NCBI RefSeq assembly: GCF_009914755.1
Contig: NC_060932.1
Direction: 5' to 3' (one strand)
Length of the DNA: 64,000 nt
Source of the DNA: the human T2T-CHM13v2.0 reference genome, Homo sapiens
Part shown: piece after piece, positions 49,382-61,345 of the stretch
How positions within the stretch are numbered: position 1 is the first letter of the stretch
Layout: every line of letters begins with the position of its first letter
Notes under the pieces: model-generated
What the model saw: only the letters and a program-made list of their open reading frames with translations
Database searches by the model: none
Told to the model about the DNA's origin: nothing
Made by a program: the position numbers and the translations under genes

Positions 49382-50061
49382 TCTGAGAACTTTTTTGATC
49401 ATTTCTTGGCACATCCTAAAGCTAATTGGATAGCCATGAATGCTATAATTGGGTCTGTGAGTGCCACAAACCCAGGCCTGGAAACCACTGATCTCCACAT
49501 TAAATGGCAGAATCATGAACAGGCCGCATGCAGTTTTCAGCTAAGTCAAAATTCTGTCACTTATCAACTAACTGTGGAGACAGCACAAGGATAACTGGTT
49601 TCACTTAAACAACGCACATAGTCCTGAAAGCATAGGTGCACTGATAGTATTCATCCATCCAACTGGAGTCATTTTCTGACCTGCTTACATCAGTACATTT
49701 CTAGACACAGCTTCCTTTGCACATGCCGCCCCCACCAATTACACGCATCCCTCTCAAAGACCCATGCATCTGAGCTACTTAGACTTAAATATATCCCTCC
49801 TGCCTTCCCCATGGAATCCAGCTGCAAAACTGTCCAGTAAGCAGTTGCTAATGTAAAGCAGTGGCCTGAACTCCAACTGCACATTAGAATCATCTGGGGA
49901 GCTTCTGAAAGTCCCTCTGTCCAGCCAAATTTGAGAACCACTCATCTGACCTAACTTCCTGTGTTTAATTAAGTTGACTTCACAGTTTTTAAGTTAAATC
50001 ATCTCTAACTTAGTCCTTAGGCTGTTCTTGTTTGTGTTGCCTTTTTGTGGCTTTGTAAGTA

Positions 50062-50395
50062 AAATCCACCCTCTCTATCCGTGGGTTCTACATCTGTGGG
50101 TTCAACCAACTGCAGATTGAAAGAATTGAAAAAGAAAAGATGATTTCGTCTGTATTGAACCTGCATAAACTTTTTTTCCTGTGATTATTCCCTGAACAAT
50201 ACAGAATAACTACTAATTACATAGCATTTACATTGTATTAGATATTACAAGTAATGTAGAGATAAAGTATACAAGAGTATGTATGTAGGCTAAATGGAAA
50301 TACTACATTTTATATCAGAGACTTGAGCATTTGTGGATTCGGGTATCTGCAGGGCATCCTGGACCCAATTCTCAGTGGATGCTGAGGGATGACTC
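50062..50395. mobile_element. MER2 (Tigger-derived) DNA transposon
   Basis: CCCTCTCTATCCGTGGGTTCTACATCTGTGGGTTCAACCAAC...CATTTACATTGTATTAG...GGATGCTGAGGGATGAC. Confidence 0.82.
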
Positions 50396-51496
50396 GTTAG
50401 TCGCCTGTCTGTCCCTTGAGCTCCTGCTTCTCTGGATGAAGATGCTAAACGTTCAAGACATCCTAGCCAATCCACAAAAAAAGGTTGTACCCTGATATGG
50501 CTTGAAACAACCAAATTCAGTAGTACCAAGAGTATAGGGGGCTAAAGCAAAATCATAGAAGAAGTCCTGTATCTCTAGGATTTGGGGATTATATAGTAGA
50601 AGCCAAAAAGCAGCTCTGATAATTCAACATACATTGAAGACATACAACTCCCTTAAGAGAAAGCAAACCATGGCTCTGCATCTTGGTTCATCATGAATAA
50701 TTGCATATCATTTTGTACACGAGTGTCAGTTATCAGCAAAGCCATCTGGGACCTTTGGCCAAACTTTACTTTGCAGTAGGACACTTTGCAACCAAGATAT
50801 CACCCCAAATATGTACTGGTATAAGAGGGAGGTATGAGATCCTTTTAAATGATGCATGGAAGAACATCTTTTATTTAATAATTATTTATTTATTTGAATA
50901 TATTTGAAAATATACGTGGCACAAAAAACCATAATTTTACAGTGCAGATAGTATTGTTCTGTCCACAGTTTAGAAATGCACCCATTTAAAGAAGAGTTTC
51001 TCACTCTTTAACTAGATATGAACAAAAACAATAAAGGATAAAGAAAAGTTTCCGTAGATAATGGTACACAACTGATAGACCTATATGGAAAGGAAAAAAG
51101 ACAAAAGTGTGATAACACTATATTTTAACTCTGTGACAACTGTGGCCAACTTAAAATTAAATATTCTTCCTGCCTCCCCAATTAATTTTGTAGGGAGAAG
51201 GGGGAAAATAAAATGTAAAAGAAGTTATTCAGTCTTTAAGTAAGATGTGGAGGATCCCAGGAAATGACCCCCAGGGTGAAGAGCTATTATTTCAGCCAGG
51301 TTGAGATTCAGTAAGTGCAAGGACACTTAGTCCAGAGGCAATGTCATATTTACTTGGATGTAAGCCTGCAGCATCTGTGGCAGGCATGTTAGAAGGCTCA
51401 GTCTAGAAAAGTCAGTGCAAGCTCCCCGTATGTGTCTGTTGGGAAGTGAACTCTGTCTCACATAGCAGCATGCCCACTCTCTGCCGAGTATGCAGT

Positions 51497-52273
51497 TGAA
51501 ACTGCAGAGTTCCCTGATCCCCTTCACAGGATGTGCAACAGGGGTGTGGCATGCCTGCTTGGTCACCACCACTGCTCAAACCCCTGATGAGAGGGGGAGC
51601 ACGCAGATAGGCAGGTACAGGAACCAGGGCGAGTCTTTTGGGCTCCAGCCCTGCGGTAGTATCTAGGGGCGGGTGCCGACGGCCCCAGTGTTACAATGCT
51701 CTTTTAGCCTTGCCGTCTGCAGACAGCTTGTTAACCAGTTCAATGGACCCTCTGCCTTTTGACAAGGGTAGAGGGCCAATATGACAGCTTTCCGTATTCC
51801 AAGCTCTTGCCTAGCTCTTGGAAGAATCAGGTCACACACGGGCTTGAAGGATGAATGCAGGGTTTTACTGAGTGTTGGAGGTGGCTCTCAGTGGGACGGA
51901 TGGGGAGCCAGAAGCAGGGATGGAGTGGGAAGATGATCTTCCCCAGTTTGGCCGCTGGATGGCCACACTCCTCTCTGACCCCTAGCCAAGCTCCTCTCAG
52001 TGTTCAGACGTTCCTCTTCTGTCTTTCTCTGCCACCTTGTTCCACCATTCGTCAGCTTGTCTCCTCATCTCCTTGTCTGCTTCCGGAGCCTGAGTTTCAG
52101 GGTTTATATGGGCACAGGATAGGTGGCATGGCAGGCCAAAAACAACTTTTGGGGTGCAAAAACAGGAATCCCTGTCCCCATTTAGGGCTGTAGATTCCCG
52201 GGCTTGAGGGTGAGGCCTTTGCCAGGAAACTACCTTCTTCTACCCAGGGTTTCCCTGTCTTCTGTCCATATCA
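51497..52273 (-). mobile_element. ERV1 solo LTR of the LTR1/MER52/LTR27-28 group
   Basis: TG...CA ends; the minus-strand start TGATATGGACAGAAGACAGGGAA is typical of this group; 4-bp TSD cagt/caat; exact subfamily uncertain. Confidence 0.78.
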
Positions 52274-52848
52274 CAATGTTCTTAGAAGGATAAGAAAAGA
52301 CACAAAAGAAAGCCTGACAAGTTTGCTAATGTCTGGGGTATATGAGAGTTGGCTCGCCCCATGATGGGCTCCAATTAAATTCATCTCTGTCTTCCTCATG
52401 TGCCATTCTTCCCTGGCTCACATTAGAAATTCAGGAGCGGAGAACAAAGCAGCCAAGTTTGTTTTTCCAGAGCAAGAGGGGTCTGGTGAAAGCAGTCCTG
52501 ACAGCTGCACCGTGTGTCTTGGTGAACTAACGGCTTTTACGTGTTTCATTCAAGACTGTTTAGTCTGCGTGCTAAGGATTCATATATCAGTTTTTGGCTC
52601 TAGTGACATTGAGGTAGTTTGATTTCCAATGATTTCGTTGTCATCTGTATTTGCCTACAGTGAAAGAAATAACTGAGAGTCGAGTTAGTGCAGGGTCACT
52701 TAAAAGCTTGCCTTTCTTCATTCACTCTCCTTAATGATATTGCCAGTGCTTCTAAAAAAAAGAAAAAAGAAAAAAACTAAGGCAGCAGCTCTTAATAAAT
52801 AACACCTGGAGCAGAATCGGTAAACTGCTTTCACGTTGGCTTTTGCAG

Positions 52849-53065
52849 AAGTGGCAATGCATTGAGGATACATCTGGCAAGCTTCGAATTCACAAGTGTA
52901 AAGGACCCAGTGACCTGCTCACAGTCCGGCAGAGCACGCGGAACCTCTACGCTCGCGGCTTCCATGACAAAGACAAAGAGTGCAGTTGTAGGGAGTCTGG
53001 TTACCGTGCCAGCAGAAGCCAAAGAAAGAGTCAACGGCAATTCTTGAGAAACCAGGGGACTCCAA
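52849..53065 (+). CDS. SULF1: SULF1 coding exon (about exon 14; aa 460-532)
   Basis: ttttgcag|AAGTGG...CCAA|gtaagc; 217 nt; [17 protein letters not shown]...RNQGTP. Confidence 0.95.
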
Positions 53066-54110
53066 GTAAGCCACGCTTTTGTGACCATCTCAATGGTGGC
53101 CTAGGCCTGTGGGAATAAACAATAGAGAGACGAAAGGGTTGCTCCTTCTACATTTTAGATATTATCAATGCATCATTTTCAGGCTAAAAGCACATCATTG
53201 CTCTATTTAAAATAAGAAAGCTAAGACTAATGTGACATTTTGCTTTGTAAACATTTTCACTTAAGCATAGAATGAAAATATAGTTCATAAAAGCACCAGA
53301 TGCAAAACATATGCACACATAAAAGAGTTTATAAAATGGTTATTCCAAAAGGTAAAGGATATGGTTTAAGTCCATTTTATTTTATCGTAATGCCAACATC
53401 TCCTGACTTGTCTGCCTGAAGTTGCTTTTAAAAAATAGTAAATACAAGGTTTCAGTGTGTATGCATTTAATTTTAAGAGGAAAAGCATAAACACTTTTTT
53501 AAGGCATATATTTTAATCTCTGTTTTAGGACAATATATGTATGTTTTAATTCTGTCAAATCATTGGATCTCGTTGATTGGCAGGGACAAACTAGTTGCAT
53601 TCAGTATGAAAAATACTTCCTAGAATTTTCTTAATAGCTATAAGAAACCTACGATTATATAAATGTGAAAATCCACGGGCTGACACCCTCCACGAAAGAA
53701 TGAATCTAGTACCACCTAGTGGAGTAACATGGAAAATGACTCAATTTTATGGTGATTTCTTTCTATACTGGTTTGGAAAGAAGCAATTTAAGTAAATTAA
53801 ATTCTATGTCAAAGATTTGGAAATCAAATCATACACTAGAACAATGGAAGCCCTGAGAACAGGCATTTTTATTGTAGACTCCACAATATGGGCTTTAGGG
53901 CCATGCCCTGATATTTCATCCAAAATTGTTGTGTTTTCCATGTGTATATGGACATTTGTTTCCATGTCAACAATTTTTAACAAATTTTAAAGGAATCCGT
54001 AAGCCAAAATACTAAGAATCTTTGATTTGGGAGACTTTTTTTCTTCCCTAACAGAAAAATTCCAGGTCTAATAACTCACACAAAGATATCAAATTTCTGA
54101 AAATCAATAA

Positions 54111-54458
<348 letters not shown>

Positions 54459-55723
54459 TTAGCAACATTCAGTTTAGAAGTAGGAGTGCCCTCTTCTCTT
54501 CCAGAAAGTTCGACCTTGTTTCCCAGGCACTGGGCATAAGGCACATTGATTTTTCAGTATTAGGCACAAACACAAGTCTAGGGCAGCTCTCTCAAACTGT
54601 ATGGAATCTTGTGTATTTGAGAGCAGGAGTCGGTTTTCACCCTTTCTGCAAGGATGGAACTCGTAAGCACTCTTATTGACACCCCTACTGTCACGGAGGT
54701 TGCTCCCTGATCTGGAAACTGCAGGATTCAGCTGAGAGGTGTCTCAGAAGCATGACAATTCTGATTCCACAGCCAGTATGCCCCACTTCTTTCTATGTTA
54801 GCAGCAGGCTAGAGCGATAAGGCCAGACGAATATGCCTCTACAGAGCTAAGAGCATCTAGTGTTTGTGCATTAAAGTTCTTATCTGGTACACATGAGTTC
54901 TTGAAAAGGTTCCATAGTCACCAGAAAGCATGCTGCCCTCTCCCCATCCCTGCCCGCCCACCCCTTGCCTTAACCCTCCTCTGCCAGGTATAAAAGTGAG
55001 TTGGCTGATGAAAGCATTAACAAAATTTAATTCTTCTTAGAGTAATCCTCTACTATTTGTACAAATAGAAGTTGTCTAGAGCATTTGCCTCTTTGAAAAA
55101 GCAGCCCAATGTAGTGGTAAGACTTCATAGTCTCAGAAGATTATAGTCCTAGCTCCATAACCTTGCAAAATGTATGTGACATTCAAAACTTCAGTTTTCT
55201 CGTCCATAAAATAAGGATGAACCGGTATTGACAATCTGATGTTTTTGTATGTAAGGGTTTTTATAATAATACCTGTCTTTCAAGACTCCAGATTAGAGAT
55301 AAATATGAAGTATATAATACATAGCAAAAGCTCAATAAAGGATAGTCATTATTATTAACACCATAATTGGGAATATGGTTTTATCCAAAAAAATAGCCTG
55401 AGCAGTTCACATTGAAAACCAAATGTAGAAGTTCACAGCCTGCCATGAATAAAAAGGATCCTAGAAATCACCTGGACTAACCCCCTCACTTGACGGATGA
55501 AGGGCTGGAGGCCCAGAGAAGTGTGTCATCCATCACACTGCCAGGCAATGGCACTGCCAGGACAACCTCTGCTACCGTGAATTGCAGGCACCACGATGCC
55601 ACTCAGCAATGCAGCATGGACTGCTTTCTCCACTCCAGGATCCCTTCTGGACCAGGTGATCACTTTCTTCCCTTGTAAGCTACATCAGGACATCCATAGT
55701 AATGTATCTTCCCTTACTTCTAG

Positions 55724-55979
55724 AGTACAAGCCCAGATTTGTCCATACTCGGCAGACACGTTCCTTGTCCGTCGAATTTGAAGGTGAAATATATGACATA
55801 AATCTGGAAGAAGAAGAAGAATTGCAAGTGTTGCAACCAAGAAACATTGCTAAGCGTCATGATGAAGGCCACAAGGGGCCAAGAGATCTCCAGGCTTCCA
55901 GTGGTGGCAACAGGGGCAGGATGCTGGCAGATAGCAGCAACGCCGTGGGCCCACCTACCACTGTCCGAGTGACACACAA
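55724..55979 (+). CDS. SULF1: SULF1 coding exon (about exon 15; aa 532-617) with furin-type sites RQTR (55750-55761) and RNIAKR (55840-55857)
   Basis: cttctag|AGTACA...CACAA|gtaaga; 256 nt; [32 protein letters not shown]. Confidence 0.95.
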
Positions 55980-56180
55980 GTAAGAAAGCTTTATTTGTTC
56001 ACTAGGGTTGAGTTCAGAATTACCACCACAACACACCATATTATCACCATTTTGCACTTGGCAAAAAAGCAGTATCACTTGGCAATACAGTGCCTGAGGG
56101 CTGGCCTATGTAGCAACTGGGGGTTAAAGAAACAATGAGTCCACGCAATCATAGGCTTGGACACATGCTTTGGGTTTGAT

Positions 56181-56265
56181 TTCACATTAAGACTGATCAG
56201 CTAGGAATCCAGCCAGAGTAATTCACATTAAGGCTGATCAGCTAGGAATCCAGCCGGAGTAATTC
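56181..56265. repeat. 41-bp tandem duplication
   Basis: ttcacattaag(a/g)ctgatcagctaggaatccagcc(a/g)gagtaa occurs twice. Confidence 0.92.
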
Positions 56266-57169
56266 CGTCACATCTTGACTTAGCAGGCATGGAGTTCATG
56301 AGCCTAAGCAGTTACCTTCGCAGGCATCTAGAAAACAGATGGAAACAATTTCAGAGGCTGGAAGTTCTTCCATGTTACACAATCACTGTCACTTGGAGCA
56401 GTTGTGTAGTCACAGACTCAGAAACGAAACACAGTCCAAGGGAGGACAGTGAGTCCCAGAGACGCTTCCAGAGAGATGATGTAGGTTACAAATGGATGTA
56501 AGACATACAAACATCTAACCAGTCCCGGATCACAGAGAGGGCCCTGGAAGTCAAGGGGACAGGGAAGGCAGATGATTCCCTCATAAGTTTAATGAACTCA
56601 CTTTGTTCTTTGGCTCCATCCAAAGTCTACTTACTCTCTTGATTAGGAAATGTTTTCTTTCTGAATTTATTAGCAAGATCTTTGTTTTCTCTCCCTAATT
56701 GTATCACTTTGAGGAGATGGGACACTGTGTGCTCTGCCAGGATTTTTATCTCTGAGGCTCTGGTCTCCTGGTGCCTGAAGTTGATGCAGTTATATACTAA
56801 GGGGTTTAGACCAGAATGCATTTCTCTTACATTATTAACCCCACATCCCACCTACTGTCTATCCCTGGGGCTGTTTGTTTACTTCAAAACTCAGTGGGGT
56901 ACTTAAGGCACTCTCTTTTTAACAAAATGAGTGGAATGAATTCCCCTTCTGAATCTGCTTTTCTTCAAACAAGCCATTTGCATTATGATGTGAAAGGTCC
57001 CTTTTGTTCTATGTCTATTTGAACTTGAGTTTTTTGGTGGTATCCTGTTCATGGGGGTGTGAGCATTGAAAACTGCCTTGAAAAGTGGTTGTAGGGATGA
57101 TCTTAGTCACAGAGCTGTGACACCATCCACCCATGTGACATTTTGTCCTCACTGGTGGCTAGAACCTAT

Positions 57170-58720
57170 TGTGTCCGGAATTGGTGGGTTCTTGGTCTCA
57201 CTGACTTCAAGAATGAGGCTGCGGACCCTCGTGGTGAGTGTTACAGCTCTTAAGGTGGCGCATCTGGAGTCTGTCCCTTCTGATGTTCAGATGTGTTCGG
57301 AGTTTCTTCCTTCTGGTGGGTTCGTGGTCTCGCTGGCTCAGCAGTGAAGCTGCAGACCTTCGCGTGAGTGTTACAGCTCTTAAGGCAGCGCGTCTGGAGT
57401 TGTTCGTTCCTCCCAGTGGGCTCGTGGTCTCGCTGGGCTCAGGAGTGAAGCTACAGATCTTCGCGGTGAGTGTTACAGCTCATAAAAGCGGCGTGGACCC
57501 AAAGAGTGAGCAGTAGCAAGATTTATTGCAAAGAGCGAAAGAACGGAGCTTCCACAGTGTGGAAGGGGACCCAGGCAGATTGCCACTGCTGGCTCCGGCA
57601 GCCTGCTTTTATTCTCTTATCTGGCCCCACCCACATCCTGCTGATTGGTAGAGCGGAGTGGCCTGTTTTGACAGGGTGCTGATTGGTGCATTTACAATCC
57701 CTGAGCTAGATACAAAGGTTCTCCACTTCCCCATCAGATTAGTTAGTTGCAGAGTTTTGACACACAGGTTCTCCAAGGCCCCACCAGAGCAGCTAGATAC
57801 AGAGTGTCGATTGGTGCATTCGCAAACCTTGAGCTAAACACAGGGTGCTGATTGGTGTGTTTACAAACCTTGAGCTAGATACAGTGTCAAATGGTGTATT
57901 CACAATCCCTGAGCTAGACATAAAGGTTCTCCGAGGCCCCACCAGAGCAGCTACATACAGAGTGTCAATTGGTGCACTCACAAACCTTGAGCTAAACACA
58001 GGATGCTGATTGGTGTGTTTACAATCCCTGAGCTAGACATAAAGACTCCACGTCCCCACCAGACTCAGGAGCCCAGCTGGCTTCACTTAGTGGATCCCGC
58101 ACAGGGGCTGCAGGTGGAGCCGTCTGCCAGTCCCGCGCCATGCGCTCGCACTCCTCAGCCCTTGGGTGGTCGATGGGACTGGGAGCCATAGAGCAGGGGG
58201 TGGTGCTCGTCGGGGAGGCTCGGGCTGCACAGGAGCCCATGGAGTGGGTGGGAGGCTCAGGCATGGCGGGCTGCAGTCCCGAGGCCTGCCCTGCGGGAAG
58301 GCAGCTAAGGCCCGGTGAGAAATCGAGCGCAGCGCCGGTGGGCTGGTACTGCTGGTACCTCCGCAGCCGCTGGCCCGGGTGCTAAGCCCCTCACTGCCCG
58401 GGGCCGCAAGGGCCGGCCGGCCTCTGCGAGTGTGGGGCCAGCCAAGCCCACGCCCATCCGGAACTCCAGCTGGCCCGCAAGCACCGCAGGCAGCCCCGGT
58501 TCCCATTCGCGCCTCTCCCTCCACACCTCCCTGCAAGCTGAGGGAGCCGGCACTGGCCTTGGCCAGCTCAGAAAGGGGCTCCCACAGTGCAGCAGCGGGC
58601 CGAAGGGCTCCTCAAGTGCCGCCAAAGTGGGAGCCTACGCAGAGGAGGCGCGGAGAGCGAGCGAGGGCTGTGAGGACTGCCAGCACGCTGTCACGACTGC
58701 CAGCACGCTGTCACCTCTCA
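57170..58720 (-). mobile_element. ERV9 solo LTR (LTR12C-like), antisense to SULF1
   Basis: Minus-strand start TGAGAGGTGACAGCGTGCTGGCAGTC and end TTCCGGACACA; tandem CCAAT-containing enhancer repeats; CpG-rich U3; TSD ctat/atat. Confidence 0.93.
57575..58030 (-). promoter_or_regulatory. LTR12 promoter/enhancer: about six CCAAT (NF-Y) boxes and an AATAAAAGCAGGC TATA-like box
   Basis: ATTGG on the + strand near 57644, 57682, 57810, 57851, 57968 and 58009; GCCTGCTTTTATT at 57601-57613. Architecture known for LTR12; activity of this copy is inferred. Confidence 0.6.
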
Positions 58721-58818
58721 ATATTCCCATTGATGCTGGTCTTGGATCAGCTCAACGGTTACTGCATGTATCAACATTAAGGATTTTGAGGATTAAAATT
58801 TCTCTTTGTTATCTTTAG

Positions 58819-59127
<309 letters not shown>

Positions 59128-59437
59128 TAATGATAGTCCTACTGAAAACAATATAGAGTATGAGAAGAGACTGGGAACTGACTCAATGGTCTTTTGAAAT
59201 CTCTGTGAGAAAATGATTCAGTTATAAAAGAGGAATCTGCTAATGTTTATCTATAACACATGGGTTGGAATATAGAGTCTATATAGACATATTCTATGCC
59301 CAGTTTGTTTCTATGTTAAGTATCATCTCAGATGAATAGCTATTATTACAGAACAGAGAAAACAAGGTGAAAAGAAAAGTACTTTGTAAAGAAAATCCTG
59401 ATCTTAATACGTAAGTGCTTGAAAACATGTTTTCCAG

Positions 59438-59532
59438 ATTGAAGCTCTGCAAGATAAAATTAAGAATTTAAGAGAAGTGAGAGGACATCTGAAGAGAAGG
59501 AAGCCTGAGGAATGTAGCTGCAGTAAACAAAG
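59438..59532 (+). CDS. SULF1: SULF1 coding exon (about exon 17; aa 650-681)
   Basis: ttttccag|ATTGAA...CAAAG|gtgagc; 95 nt; [31 protein letters not shown]. Confidence 0.95.
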
Positions 59533-59774
59533 GTGAGCTTGTTTCCATCCATGCTCCACTTTCCAAATTCATTTCCGCACAAGCCAGAGGCATTAGCACT
59601 GGGCTCATTTTTCTCTCTTACCTATAGAATGTATTGTCATAGAGTATGATAACCTAAGCTATTTAAGTAAAACTAAATATGCTTAAACTTAAGCAGAAAG
59701 TAAAAAGTCACATTCAGCTAAAATACTTACAACATCACTGCCTTCCTTCTTTCTATTTTGCTTTCTTTTTATAA

Positions 59775-59903
<129 letters not shown>

Positions 59904-60700
59904 TAAGTAACTCTCTGTTTTCCACATTTGCTGGGAGTCAATGACTGTCCACCTGGCCCTTCGAAGAGGCTGGAGGGACCCCTGTGTTTCCTGCAGTGCC
60001 GCTTCAGAAGAAGTAGATCCATCTAGGAGGGCACCTAGCTCATGAAGTTGAAAGCAAAGCCCCACCTCACCAAGGGACCGTGGCAATGCTCTTGGCATCC
60101 TTTGTTGGGGAGCCTTGCTGAACTCCACTGTCATTCTGTGGGTGCTCCCTACCTGGCAGATGGGACCAGTAACTAGATTTTACTCCATGCACTGCTTTCT
60201 GTGGAGAGTGCTTGAGGGTTACAGACTCTCTCGATGCAGTTGGTGTTCTACAGAGCAGCCTGGAATAGTGCTGAATTCTGAAAGTGGGAAGAAATATACA
60301 TTTTTTTAAATAATAGCAAAATTTGCATGTGAAGGAGATTTAGTATTTAAACTTCAACAAAGTTTAAGCCTTTTATATATAAAAAACAAAATAATAAAAA
60401 ATAATTCTAAAAAATAAAGGCTATCTAAACTTGTTTAGTAGAATTTGTCAAAGAATTTTTTAAACTTTTTAATCCAAGCCATCTGATTCAACTAACCTTT
60501 AACTCGATGGCTGATTGGTACTCGGCTGCCAAAAAAATGAGCCATTTGTCCAAAGAGTGTGGCTAGCAGGATCCTGTCATTCACATTAACATTTATTTCC
60601 ATCGATGTTTCCATGCACATGAGGAGGAAAATGTTGGTCCTCTTAGGTTCAATAAGGTCCCAAGAAAGCTGTCACTGAATGCATTTGCGTTCAGTGTTCC

Positions 60701-60999
60701 TTTTTTGTTGTTTTTTCGAGACAGAGTCTCACTCTTTTGCCCAGGCTTTAGTGCGGTGGTGCAATCTTGGCTAACTACAACCTCCACCTCCTGGGTTCAA
60801 GAGATTCTTGTGCCTCATCCTCCCTAGTAGCTGGGACTACAGGTGTGCGCCACCACATCCAGCTAATTTTTATATTTTTAGCAGAGACAGGGTTTCACCG
60901 TGTTGGCCAAACTGATCTCAAACTCGTGACCTCAAGTGATCCGCCCACCTTAGCCTCCCAAAGTGCTGGGATTACAGGTGCAAGTCACTGTGCCCAGCC
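60701..60999 (-). mobile_element. Alu (old AluS/AluJb-like)
   Basis: Degenerate TSD tgcgttcagtgttcct/tgccttcactattcct. Confidence 0.9.
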
Positions 61000-61169
61000 T
61001 GCCTTCACTATTCCTGATTCTATTTTAAGTCCCTCTATACAAAATGAAGGTCGTCCATTATCTCTTATCAAGGCATCTAAATATTTGTGCAAGACTCACA
61101 GCAACAAGCCTATTTGTAATTGAGAAAGTGCCTTCTGAACACTCAAAATAATCCCTTCTCTTGGAACAG

Positions 61170-61345
61170 GGAGGCTGCTCAGGAAGTAGATAGCAAACTG
61201 CAACTTTTCAAGGAGAACAACCGTAGGAGGAAGAAGGAGAGGAAGGAGAAGAGACGGCAGAGGAAGGGGGAAGAGTGCAGCCTGCCTGGCCTCACTTGCT
61301 TCACGCATGACAACAACCACTGGCAGACAGCCCCGTTCTGGAACC
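61170..61345 (+). CDS. SULF1: SULF1 coding exon (about exon 19; aa 703-762) with the polybasic heparan-sulfate-binding cluster
   Basis: ggaacag|GGAGGC...GAACC|gtaagt; 176 nt; [40 protein letters not shown]...APFWN. Confidence 0.95.

Noticed and set aside
57670-58040. Regularly spaced repeats superficially like a CRISPR array
   Set aside because: They are the LTR12 tandem enhancer repeats in primate DNA; there are no unique spacers and no cas genes
58003-58818. Cluster of long overlapping ORFs (up to 167 aa) on both strands
   Set aside because: All lie in the GC-rich LTR12 U3, where stops are scarce; no domain similarity
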